64,000 bases of DNA from Candidatus Obscuribacterales bacterium (GTDB lineage: Bacteria > Cyanobacteriota > Vampirovibrionia > Obscuribacterales > Obscuribacteraceae): positions 3,264,001 to 3,328,000 of the forward strand of contig CBDDIJ010000003.1 of NCBI GenBank assembly GCA_965228855.1, written 5' to 3'. The notes below the pieces were generated by a model. That model was not told the DNA's origin, made no database searches, and worked only from the letters and a program-made list of their open reading frames with translations. Below, in pieces: positions 20,422-30,217 of this stretch (positions are counted from its first letter, which is position 1; the number at the start of each line of letters is the position of its first letter). The position numbers and the translations under genes were made by a program.

Positions 20422-20662
20422 TTGAAGATTGAAAATAGAACAGCATATTGGAGCTTTATAACAGACGGACTACAGTCACTGTGGCAGGTCAAAAACAACA
20501 TCATCGATCGTTGCAAACGGCACATTGCGTTTTCTTTCGAAAACGCCACCAACAATGGTGCAGCTTCCGTAATCGAACGAGCAGTGACTATCAGCTTTGC
20601 CACGATTTGTTAGCAAACCGCGTCAAAGAGCTCTTTCTTAAGGACTCCTTCGGGGAAGCACT

Positions 20663-21427
20663 TTATGGAGGACCAATCGATTTAGCCAGATCAAGCATCG
20701 GTCTTTGTGGCGTCTTTATGATACCTTCAAGCGGCCGATCCAGGTCGGCGACGAGCATCATCACTAGACCGAACGCCAGAACCAGAATGCTGGTTCCGAA
20801 GAAAGTCCTGTGGCCTGATAGTCCACATTGAAAACCGATTCCCGCCATCGCTAACGCGGTAATCAGAAGCAAACAAATCCAGACTACCGGCGGCACTCGC
20901 GAATAAAGCGCGGTGACGCGAGTTTCATGGCTATCGATCAAGTCATTCAATGTATTCACGAACGTAGCAGTGATGGGGGTCGGGTGCTTAGCAGAAGCAG
21001 CAGCAGCCTCCGCCCATAATTCATTCTGCAACTTAGTTGCCTTTGGCAAGAATTCCTCCACCTGATGGGGCTCGATGTTGATCCGCATGGCGACATATTG
21101 GCGCAACAACTTTCTAACGTGGTCTCTGCTAGGCGGCTCCAGAAAGTCCGCTCGCAGATAGGTAGTTCCAATCGCATTAGCTTCATTCAGGACAGCCGCC
21201 CTTCTTTCTTCAAATCGGTTCGCTGCCATGTTAAACGCAAAACCAAGAATGAATGCCAGGAGCGCAAGTGTCGATGCGATCATTGCACCAATCGCGGCTT
21301 CCGGTTCGTGCGCATGAACATCTCGGCGATACCTTCCGAAGCGGAATCCAAGTTCGACACAGAGAAATGCCGATACTAGAAAAATCGTAAATACCAGTCC
21401 AATTGGAATAAAGTCTAGGGAGTGCAT
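20663..21427 (-). CDS. DUF4239 family membrane protein
   Basis: LALLAFILGFAF..RFEERR..EANAIGTTYLRA..DLDRPLEG signature. Confidence 0.8.
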   Translation of the reverse strand: MHSLDFIPIGLVFTIFLVSAFLCVELGFRFGRYRRDVHAHEPEAAIGAMIASTLALLAFILGFAFNMAANRFEERRAAVLNEANAIGTTYLRADFLEPPSRDHVRKLLRQYVAMRINIEPHQVEEFLPKATKLQNELWAEAAAASAKHPTPITATFVNTLNDLIDSHETRVTALYSRVPPVVWICLLLITALAMAGIGFQCGLSGHRTFFGTSILVLAFGLVMMLVADLDRPLEGIIKTPQRPMLDLAKSIGPP

Positions 21428-21524
21428 GTCAAGTATGATTTGAGTTAGCCAGCAAGTTCACGATCCAGAGTTAATAGTACCCCAGGTATATTCGCTCCTA
21501 TCTACTGACAGAGGACATTTAAAT

Positions 21525-22121
21525 CTAAATCGGATCATTTAGCTTTTTTGCCGTTTGGAATAAGACATCGCATTCCTTCTCGAGAACTCCGCCAATAATT
21601 GTGCAGTCGCCATAATCAAAGATTGCGGCATCAACAATTCTCTGTGCTCGAATGTCTATTTGACCGAATCCACAAGTTTGAAGGAATGGAATAGAGCTAC
21701 CATAAACGGCGAGCGGCATCTTGGTCCAGACGATTGCCGACTGACACATCGGACAGGATTCGCCGGTCGTATACAGGCACATATCCTGCCATTTAAACTC
21801 GTCGTTGCTGTCCGGGCAACCCAGAATGGCAGTCATCTCTCCATGCCAAACCGGAGTTTTATCCATCCGAACCCAGCCGTCAGATACCACTTTCCCTGTG
21901 GTGGCGTTGACGATGACAGCGCCGAATGGACAATTGGGAACCTTCTTCGCTTGCTCGATGGCTAGCCGCATATAGCGTTCATGATCGAGTTTCTCAAACT
22001 GCGCGGGCAACACTACTGTTTTCTTGCGTGCCTCCACTGGCGGTGCTCCGGTGGCTGCGATCAAGCCCGCCATTCCAACTTGTATAAGTAGCGAACGCCT
22101 GGACAATTTTTCGCGCATCAT
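21525..22121 (-). CDS. Nucleoside/cytidine deaminase-family protein with twin-arginine signal
   Basis: SRRSLL Tat motif; PFGAVIV, HGE and YTTGESCPMC zinc motifs. Confidence 0.85.
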   Translation of the reverse strand: MMREKLSRRSLLIQVGMAGLIAATGAPPVEARKKTVVLPAQFEKLDHERYMRLAIEQAKKVPNCPFGAVIVNATTGKVVSDGWVRMDKTPVWHGEMTAILGCPDSNDEFKWQDMCLYTTGESCPMCQSAIVWTKMPLAVYGSSIPFLQTCGFGQIDIRAQRIVDAAIFDYGDCTIIGGVLEKECDVLFQTAKKLNDPI

Positions 22122-22486
22122 TAACCTCGGAAACCGAGAAGCACTACCTACGGAAACAACAGATCGACACTCTTCGCTTAACAGACCCGCATCAAGTGTC
22201 GAAGCCTTAACAGTATAAACTACCGGCGACTAACGGCGGTAAAGAATGGAGCTGCGTCCAGTATGAAAGTGGTTGAGAAGATGACGTCGCGCCAGCGGCT
22301 ACTTCGAGGAACGTACAATGAGTGCCGCGAGACGAAGGCAATGCTAGATAATCGACTGTAGCATCCGATTGATTGATTCTTCAAAAATCACCCGGGGGAC
22401 TTTCAGCATCCTTAGTGTAAACACCATTCCCTAAGCCGCACTCGGTCAATACAGTCGGAATTAAGTCCCCTTCTAAAGTCAGAGAT

Positions 22487-25400
22487 ATGGCAACAAAGTT
22501 TCTCAGCCGTCTGCGCTCCGCGTTCGTTTTTCTTTGCGCATTGCTACTCGCTGGCAACATAGTCAATCCAACACTAGCGATTGCTTCAGGCCTCCCAGAA
22601 CTAAAACTAGATGCAGATCCCGTTGCAGCAGAACCTTGGGACTCTCGATACCAATTTTTCGAAGACTTCGAGCGAGCACTACACAACGCATCAGAAGCCG
22701 AACCAGAACTAAATATTACCTGCATTCCAGTGGATGATAAGAACTCAGGCTCAACGGGCATAGCAACAAGCGAAATTAATCTGCAGTCGTTCGCATCCAG
22801 TGATGCCAAAACCCTGAGAAACAAAAATCATTGCGCCGAGGTGCTGGACCCTGAAACATCGCCGGAAGCGGATTATGCTCAACCACCAGGAAAAATGGTT
22901 GTGCGGCGGACTGTAACATCGAGTTCACCGTTGCCAAAGAACTCAGGCAGCACCACTTGTAGTAGCACAGCAGCCATCATTACCGCAGTGCCGACATCGC
23001 CAACCGACAAATTCGATCTAGTCTCGGTCGAGCCAAACGAACTGTACTCATCTCCCACTACAAACTTCGCTTTCGACCGGTTTATCTTCACCTTCAATGA
23101 GCCAGTCGTGAGCAGTTCCGAAGTGGCAAAATTTCAGGCTACCAACATACCGGTAATAGCAAAACCCTCTATCCAGGGACGATCTTATTGGTTTGATCCT
23201 CAAACATTCATAATAGAACCAAAGGGGAAGACCCTGCCTGCTGCAACCTCCTACGAAATAACAACAACATCCAACTTGAAATCTCTGTCTGGGGAACCGC
23301 TCGTCAAGGCACACCGTATTCGATATCAATCATCGAGACCAGAGGGATCTCTAGGCACAATCGGTCCTCAAAAAGCGTTTGCAGTTCATTTCGGACAAAA
23401 GGTCAAACCCGATTCCGTTCTTTCTGCACTTAACGTCACAAGCGGAGGAGAAAAGCTTTCAATCAGACCTGCGACAGATCAGGAATTGCACGAAATCTAC
23501 CAGCAATCTTATGTGAAGAAGAAGCTGTTTGCGTTCTATCCGCTAGGTTACACCTTCGACAATCCAATCAATATAGAGCTCAAACCTGGCATTGAGTCAG
23601 AAGAAGGTCCGCTCAAGAGCATAGGTACGCGAAACCTAACCATAACCTTTCGAAATCCTCTTAATCGATCCCAGCAGCCACAATACAGTTATGAGCCTGG
23701 CGAACCTCTCGAAATCGATTTTCCGAGACCGCTAAACGGCGCCAAGATTGACATATCGGAAATCAAAATCGACCCACCCGTCGATAAACTGAGATGCAGC
23801 TTCAAGGATAGAGCCATTATTCTGCAGGGTGACACCAAACCTAATACCACCTACAAGGTCTCAATTCCGAAAGGATTCGCCTCTGATGATTCAGAAGTTG
23901 CGGCAGAGGAGCACCGAAACTTTGTCGTAGGAGATTATCAACCACGACTATTTCCCCCAGGCCAAAAGCTTTTGAGAATTCCAACAGCACAGAAAAGCAT
24001 CCAGATTCGCTCTATCAACATGAAGCGCATACGAATTCAAGTTTTCAATGCAGACGGTGCTCCATTGAATGACTATTTCTTCGCCAGAGAAAATAAAGAG
24101 CCAGTATACGAAACTATCCTTGAGCCGACGGCTGAGCTTAACGCGGTGGCATCGACACCGCTGGACTTGCGCGAAATAGATGCAAAGAAACTCCATTCAT
24201 TCTGGTTGAAAGTTGAGGACGCCGACTTCGAACCGTCGAAATTATCACGAGAAGAGCTAATTAAGCGCAATCTCCCGTCGCATCCGTCCGGCATGGCTCG
24301 CCCTCGTTTATGCAACAAGGTATTGCTGGCGATTCAAAGAACAAATCTGGCCATGACTCTGACACCTTCAGATCAGTTAGTCTCTTGCTTTGTCGTAGAT
24401 TGGAAAACCGGCGAGCCGGTATCAAATGCGACAATAATTGGAACTAGTGGCGTCCCTGATCGGTATCATCCCGGTCCACGAAGCTCTCGAGTTGATTTTG
24501 ACGCGATTGCAGAAAGAGCAAAAGTAAAGGTTAGCGGAGTTACTGATTCAAATGGAATTTGCGTTTTCAACTTTGAAGCAAATAAAAAGCTTTCCGAATG
24601 CAACTCTTTCACTGTAAGTGCAAACGGCGACGAGCTTAGAATGTCGCTCAACTGTGGTAGACCGCCCACGGAAACTTCACGTTATTCTTGGTTCGTGGAT
24701 TCCGAAAACTACGAATGTATCCGCGAACAGCCAGTCAAAATATGGGGCTGGGTCAAAGGTTTCGACGGAAAAGAATTGACGAATCTGCGTACTGAAGGTT
24801 GCACAGTTACCTACACCATCAAAGATTCCCAATCTCAAATCCTGGGCTCTGGTCAATTGCCGCTAACCGCCAATGGTGGCTTCCATGGATCTTACTCTTT
24901 ACCGTCATCAACTTCTTGCGGAGAAGGAACGATAAATTACAAGCTCGTCGATGCCCACGGTACGGAGCTTTCCGAAAACACTGGTTGCTTTACAGTGGCG
25001 GAAGAGCAAGAATTTTTTGGTGGTCTGGTTATGAGAATGGATTCTCAAACCATTTTGGGCAAACCGAATCGAATCATCGCAAGAGCAAAAGACAGGCTGG
25101 GAAAAGATCTACCAAATCGTCAGCTTGTTTGGAACATTTATTCTGCAAGGATCCCGTACTCGCCGCCAGGCTGGTCAAACTTCAAATTTACACAAACTTC
25201 TCTAACTGGCGCGCGCTCATATCGCTGGGCCCAGACCAAGCCATTAAGAACGAAGACTAATTCTGACGGAGAAACTGCGATTGACCTTAAAGTAACTGGC
25301 AGCAATACGCCACTACCAGCGATGCTTGTGGCGGGTACAACCGAAGATGTTGAAGGTCAGCAGCTGAGGCGGTCACAGGCGGTACAGAGTGTGCTCCATG

Positions 25401-28400
25401 CACCGGCATATGTAGGCATCAAACTTGACGTGAAAACCTCTGACGGACGAAAGACGCTTGCTCTGTCACACATCACCACAGATTACAGAGGTCAAGCTGT
25501 CCCCGGCAAATTTGTCAGGCTTCGCGTCTCCAGCCTCAAACGCCCATTCGGAGAAAAGCGAGTCGCGCCGGACAAAGCGATCTGGGAAAAAATTGCGGTT
25601 TCTTCCACACACATAGAATCAGAAGAGATTCCCATAACTGAGACTGGTGCAATGCTAGTATCAGCGGACATTTTGGATAATTTCAAAGCTGATTCGAAAG
25701 TCGTCCAATCAGCAAGCATAATCTTGAACTCTCCAAGTCTTTGGACGTGGTCAAAGGATGGACTGTTCGTAGCAGTGTCATCAAACAAAGAAGAATATGC
25801 AGCTGGCGACGATTGCACGTTATCGGTTAAAAGCCCATTTAAAAACGCTCAGGGCTATGTTCTCATTGATACCGCATATGGCATCCAAACACCGGTCATT
25901 CCAATTGCAATTCACGACTACAGGGGGACTGTAGTGGCTCCGCTTCAGCGCCTAACCAGTGCAGAATCTCCGGTAGCCCTCTCCGGCATCATCAAACTGT
26001 ACGAAACAGACCTGAATTCCAATCTCCCAGTTGAAAATAGTCGCTCAGCATCTCAGATTTTTTCGATTGCACGCAGACCGCAATCAAAACAATTGGACAT
26101 ACGCGTGAGCGTAAGCGATGTTGTGGAGGTTGGAGAAGCCACCTCCGTGAACCTCCAAGTACATCTTCCAGACGGTACACCGGCGGCAAATGCAGAGTGT
26201 GTTGTCTCGGTGCAGCCACTTACGAGCTTCGGAGAAGAGTATCCACGAGTGCTTTTCAATCTACCATCCGAATCAAATCCGGTTCGCAATTCGTACAGCA
26301 ATGATCGATTTGCGGAGTGGGGTTCGAAGTTGAATACCGGACCGGAAGATTATGTTGAACGCACTGTAAGAGACAATCTTCGACTTGAAGGACTTCCCCA
26401 TGCCACAGGCATTCTTGGCGCTGTCTGCAATCAAACAACCGACAGCAGAATGTTTTTCGATCGTTCTACTGAGAGACTGACTTTGGATGACAAAGGTCGC
26501 GGTAGCACAAAACTTACAATTCCCCAACACGCGGGCAATTACAGGGTTGTCTGCACCGTAATTGATAGCACCAATAGAGGGGAGAAGTCGATGTGTATTC
26601 AGGCCGTGGAACCCATATCGGCAAGTTGCTACGTTCCATCCCAGGTGAACGAAGGTGACAAATTCGACCTTTTGATAAATCTCGAGAACCGTACGAACTC
26701 ACCAAAAGGTGTTTCCATAAAACTGATGACCGAAGCTACCGCCTACACAGATAAGATAACAGCGGAGCCGGGGCTCACCAGAGTCAGGCTCAAGGCTGCA
26801 TCAGCCGTACCCAAATTAAGAGTCGAGGTAGGAAGCGGCGCGCAGAGCTTTAGCTTCGATTGCGCACCGCATGTAGTTCCAGGGAACAATATAATCACGA
26901 AGAGAATTCGCCTCACCCAGAACGCCGAGAAAGCAGAACTGCTCGAGAGTCCAGAGTGGCGTTTGGCTTCAATACGAACAAAAGTATCGACGGATAGCAC
27001 AGCCCTGATTACGAGCGCACTGACTGCTATGTGCGAAAAGAGACCTGACTCGACGATTGAGATCGCCGGCAGAGCCTTGGCGATCCTTCAGTTTCATAAA
27101 CTTTGCGCCCAATCCAAAAGAGTAGAATTAGATGCAGTGTACAAAAGCTTTGAACCGCTCCTTCGAGAAGACATCTGTAAATTGACCAAAAGCTATGAGC
27201 AGATGAGGTCAGGCATTTGTTGGCTGCCTGGAAGTTCTAATGCACGCAATTTGCAGTCGCCCTTCCTGATGGCCGCACACGCTATCTCGAATGCAAATGC
27301 AGCAGGAATTTCTGTTTCAGAGCAACTGCTCAATCGAATTGCTACTGATGCGGCCATGCCTCGCAATGGCTCAAACACGCTGAGAGGAAACCTTTCAAAG
27401 AAAGAAATGGCTTACTTCGTTTACGTAACCTCGATTATGGACCCGAGTCAGATGTGGGTGGATGAGAAATATAAGGCGCAGCAGTTCGAAAAATTCGTCC
27501 AAAACTTTGTCATTGAAACAATTTCGGGAGAAGAATTGAACTGGCTCTGTCTCTCTCTTTCAACAAATCTCCCGATAGAGGAGTCGGTAAAATCCAGACT
27601 GACGAATAGGCTGCGGGAAACAGCGCAAGACGAAACCATCCTGAGAGATCAAAAGCCGACTCTCGAAGTGGACGGCATAGTCTACTCATCAGCCACCACG
27701 CGTGATGCCACAAAAATTCTGGCATTGATCAATAGCCCGTTAGGTGCGAGAGATATAGAAAAGGCGCTTGAGAGATTGGCATCGAACTTGAAAAATCGCG
27801 GAGTGACCGCATCATGGAACGGTCCCATCGAATCGGCGTTAGCGGTTTCTGCACTGTGTGAGTATGAGGCTTGGAAGAACAAGCAAACGCGTATACCGCA
27901 CGCGGCATTTACGGACACATCCATTCCGATTACCATAAACGGAACTCAGATAGTTGCTGCAGAAAACGGTGATGAAGCTGTTTTAACCGCAGTTTTCCGC
28001 AGGAAGGCAGCCGTTCGGCGACCAGCATTGAATACCGGCATCGCGCTCAAGCGAGAGTTCTTTGCTACGAACGAGGACTCCAGGGTTTGGCGAGATTCGA
28101 ATGGCAACTGGAATTGCACGCGAGGTTCAACCTTGATAGAAAAGCTTTCTTTCGTCCCACAGGGAAGAATTGATAAAGTCGTGTTGCTCGATCAAGTCGC
28201 TGCGGGATTCGGCTCAATCGAGCCATTTATGAAGCAGGAACACTTGTTCGAGGGTCCAACAGCATTCCCATCCCGAGCGATTTATTGGGCTGAAGCCGGC
28301 GAATTCTGGGCACAGGAAATCGACAGAGACGGACACAACTTTAGAGTGTATGCAACCGCGGTCGGGCCAGCACTATACGAATTCAAATACAAACTGGATG

Positions 28401-28540
28401 CGGCGTTGCCCGGCAAATTCTTCATGCCTGCTGCTGAAATAAAAACGGTTTTCAGTGACAAGACGGTCGGCATCAGCGATAGCGCATTTATGACCATTCA
28501 CGAGTCCGATCCGAGAGTCCCAAGCCCCGCCCTCAAATAG
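22487..28540 (+). CDS. Bacterial alpha-2-macroglobulin-like large secreted protein, no recognisable thioester motif
   Basis: 2017 aa; signal peptide, Ig-like N-terminal domains (LPAATSYEI), MG2-like GGFHGSYSLP, YVGIK, KEEYAAGD..VKSPF, and C-terminal A..PGKFFMPAAEI. Confidence 0.8.
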   Translation: MATKFLSRLRSAFVFLCALLLAGNIVNPTLAIASGLPELKLDADPVAAEPWDSRYQFFEDFERALHNASEAEPELNITCIPVDDKNSGSTGIATSEINLQSFASSDAKTLRNKNHCAEVLDPETSPEADYAQPPGKMVVRRTVTSSSPLPKNSGSTTCSSTAAIITAVPTSPTDKFDLVSVEPNELYSSPTTNFAFDRFIFTFNEPVVSSSEVAKFQATNIPVIAKPSIQGRSYWFDPQTFIIEPKGKTLPAATSYEITTTSNLKSLSGEPLVKAHRIRYQSSRPEGSLGTIGPQKAFAVHFGQKVKPDSVLSALNVTSGGEKLSIRPATDQELHEIYQQSYVKKKLFAFYPLGYTFDNPINIELKPGIESEEGPLKSIGTRNLTITFRNPLNRSQQPQYSYEPGEPLEIDFPRPLNGAKIDISEIKIDPPVDKLRCSFKDRAIILQGDTKPNTTYKVSIPKGFASDDSEVAAEEHRNFVVGDYQPRLFPPGQKLLRIPTAQKSIQIRSINMKRIRIQVFNADGAPLNDYFFARENKEPVYETILEPTAELNAVASTPLDLREIDAKKLHSFWLKVEDADFEPSKLSREELIKRNLPSHPSGMARPRLCNKVLLAIQRTNLAMTLTPSDQLVSCFVVDWKTGEPVSNATIIGTSGVPDRYHPGPRSSRVDFDAIAERAKVKVSGVTDSNGICVFNFEANKKLSECNSFTVSANGDELRMSLNCGRPPTETSRYSWFVDSENYECIREQPVKIWGWVKGFDGKELTNLRTEGCTVTYTIKDSQSQILGSGQLPLTANGGFHGSYSLPSSTSCGEGTINYKLVDAHGTELSENTGCFTVAEEQEFFGGLVMRMDSQTILGKPNRIIARAKDRLGKDLPNRQLVWNIYSARIPYSPPGWSNFKFTQTSLTGARSYRWAQTKPLRTKTNSDGETAIDLKVTGSNTPLPAMLVAGTTEDVEGQQLRRSQAVQSVLHAPAYVGIKLDVKTSDGRKTLALSHITTDYRGQAVPGKFVRLRVSSLKRPFGEKRVAPDKAIWEKIAVSSTHIESEEIPITETGAMLVSADILDNFKADSKVVQSASIILNSPSLWTWSKDGLFVAVSSNKEEYAAGDDCTLSVKSPFKNAQGYVLIDTAYGIQTPVIPIAIHDYRGTVVAPLQRLTSAESPVALSGIIKLYETDLNSNLPVENSRSASQIFSIARRPQSKQLDIRVSVSDVVEVGEATSVNLQVHLPDGTPAANAECVVSVQPLTSFGEEYPRVLFNLPSESNPVRNSYSNDRFAEWGSKLNTGPEDYVERTVRDNLRLEGLPHATGILGAVCNQTTDSRMFFDRSTERLTLDDKGRGSTKLTIPQHAGNYRVVCTVIDSTNRGEKSMCIQAVEPISASCYVPSQVNEGDKFDLLINLENRTNSPKGVSIKLMTEATAYTDKITAEPGLTRVRLKAASAVPKLRVEVGSGAQSFSFDCAPHVVPGNNIITKRIRLTQNAEKAELLESPEWRLASIRTKVSTDSTALITSALTAMCEKRPDSTIEIAGRALAILQFHKLCAQSKRVELDAVYKSFEPLLREDICKLTKSYEQMRSGICWLPGSSNARNLQSPFLMAAHAISNANAAGISVSEQLLNRIATDAAMPRNGSNTLRGNLSKKEMAYFVYVTSIMDPSQMWVDEKYKAQQFEKFVQNFVIETISGEELNWLCLSLSTNLPIEESVKSRLTNRLRETAQDETILRDQKPTLEVDGIVYSSATTRDATKILALINSPLGARDIEKALERLASNLKNRGVTASWNGPIESALAVSALCEYEAWKNKQTRIPHAAFTDTSIPITINGTQIVAAENGDEAVLTAVFRRKAAVRRPALNTGIALKREFFATNEDSRVWRDSNGNWNCTRGSTLIEKLSFVPQGRIDKVVLLDQVAAGFGSIEPFMKQEHLFEGPTAFPSRAIYWAEAGEFWAQEIDRDGHNFRVYATAVGPALYEFKYKLDAALPGKFFMPAAEIKTVFSDKTVGISDSAFMTIHESDPRVPSPALK

Positions 28541-28548
28541 AATTAATC

Positions 28549-28568
28549 ACAAGACAAGACAAGACAAG
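28549..28568 (+). repeat. (ACAAG)x4 microsatellite
   Basis: Four perfect 5-bp units just after the A2M-like stop codon. Confidence 0.8.
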
Positions 28569-28651
28569 CAAAATTCAGAGTGTCAAAATGTCTGCAGAAG
28601 AAACGTCCAGAGCAAGCGAGATCTGCAGCTTCGAGAAGACACTGAGAGTCA

Positions 28652-29455
28652 GTGAGAGCAAAATATATGGTTCAGAACGAGATAAAGCTACTCCAGACGG
28701 ATACGACTCCCGACGAAAACTTCCGCCGCGAATGTCTACTGCTTCGCCCGTTCGCGCAAGAGAGTTATCTTGAAAGTCTGGCGAGTGAAGCGGAGTTGAT
28801 TGAGCTGGAATGCAATGGTGCGAGGTGCGGTTATGCACTCGTCAGAGATTCATGCATCGTTGAGTTCTTCGTTTATCCAACATCCATCGTTGATGAAACG
28901 GCAGTGCTCGAGTCGGTCGTTAGTTTAACCGGAGCTAAAGCGGCTCTTTGTCAGTCGTTCGATTCAGTAATGACTAACGCATGCTCGAGTCTAGGGTGGG
29001 GGTCGAAAGTAGTCGCTCACTTGTTTCGAGATTTCGACGATACCGCTATCGATGTCGGGCTCGTGGCGCAGCTCGCAACGAGCGAATGCTTGTCTAAAAT
29101 ACAATCAATACATGATGGATTTTTCGACAGTGAAGACGAGATCAGATCATACCTCGACGAGGAGCATGCAAGAATGTTTCTCTACTATCGAAATAGCCAA
29201 GCCGTCGCATGCGGCATAATTAAACGTGTTGTAGCCTGCCGAAACGACTATGATATCGGAATGGTAGTAGCACCAGCCTTCCGTGGCACCGGCTACGGTG
29301 CTGCTGTGGTATCACACCTGAAACACTTTTGCATGTCCCAGGGATGGCAACCGATCGCCGGCTGCAGCGTCGACAACGCTGCATCAAAGCGAAGCCTGGA
29401 ACGTGCCGGTTTCATCGCCGAACACCAACTGCTAAACTACGCTCAACAATTCTGA
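28652..29455 (+). CDS. GNAT family N-acetyltransferase
   Basis: DIGMVVAPAFRGTGYG (motif A) and NAASKRSLERAGF; start may be ATG 28667. Confidence 0.85.
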   Translation: MRAKYMVQNEIKLLQTDTTPDENFRRECLLLRPFAQESYLESLASEAELIELECNGARCGYALVRDSCIVEFFVYPTSIVDETAVLESVVSLTGAKAALCQSFDSVMTNACSSLGWGSKVVAHLFRDFDDTAIDVGLVAQLATSECLSKIQSIHDGFFDSEDEIRSYLDEEHARMFLYYRNSQAVACGIIKRVVACRNDYDIGMVVAPAFRGTGYGAAVVSHLKHFCMSQGWQPIAGCSVDNAASKRSLERAGFIAEHQLLNYAQQF

Positions 29456-30048
29456 CTGAGTGCTTGAGGTATCGTTCTTGCATATTTCTTACGCAAAGTC
29501 AGCGCGGAACTGACGCTGCTTACGTTAGTTTCCGCGCGGCCTAAAATTAGCGTGATCGTAATTCCCTCGAGGCAACAAACAATCCACGCGATGATCATTG
29601 CAGTTAGAAGAAGAGGTAGTTTCAGATACCAGAATGCGAGCATCGTAAAAAACATCCCGTAAGCACACAGCCGAGAGAACGTGCTGTGATATGCGGGATA
29701 ACAGCCATGCCGAAATTGAGCAAGCCACCAGTGAAATAGTTGCAGGGTCAAGCCGACCGCGAGATATGGATATGATGGCGCCAATAGAGGCGCGGCATGG
29801 AGGGAGAGAAAGACAACCACTGCGAGGTAGAACACTAGATCAGATACGCTATCAAGACGCGCACCGAAGTCACTGCACCAATTGAATGTTCTCGCCATCC
29901 AGCCATCAAGCATATCCGAGACACCACCCAGGGCAAACAGAGTCAGAAAAGAAGTGTTCGCCAGTTCGCCGTTTAAGATTGAAAGAAAAATCAACGTGAT
30001 GGCGGCAAACAATCTTACGCTTGTAATAATGTTGGGAAGTTGTTTCAT
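29443..30048 (-). CDS. CDP-alcohol phosphatidyltransferase family protein
   Basis: LPNIITSVR and SDMLDGWMAR....SDFGARLDSVSD signature. Confidence 0.92.
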   Translation of the reverse strand: MKQLPNIITSVRLFAAITLIFLSILNGELANTSFLTLFALGGVSDMLDGWMARTFNWCSDFGARLDSVSDLVFYLAVVVFLSLHAAPLLAPSYPYLAVGLTLQLFHWWLAQFRHGCYPAYHSTFSRLCAYGMFFTMLAFWYLKLPLLLTAMIIAWIVCCLEGITITLILGRAETNVSSVSSALTLRKKYARTIPQALSQNC

Positions 30049-30217
30049 AACCGTAGTTTAGGAGAACTATCGCGTCCTAAACCATCGCCCCCACAGATCA
30101 AAAAGTGTTGTTCGCGTATGGTGTCGCTGAAGACGAATCGTACGACTGGTAATTTCGAGCAGGAACCAGCGATGATAGAATCGAATTCTAGAGACGTTAA
30201 GGGTTTTTGCTCAATTA

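Noticed and set aside
20422..20662. Possible pseudoknotted leader (AGTCACTG/CAGTGACT, GTGGCA/TGCCAC) upstream of the helical-domain pair
   Set aside because: No riboswitch consensus is recognisable and there is no comparative support; too weak to call.
28549..28568. (ACAAG)x4 as a CRISPR or regulatory repeat
   Set aside because: Only 20 bp, with no spacers and no cas genes; a simple microsatellite.
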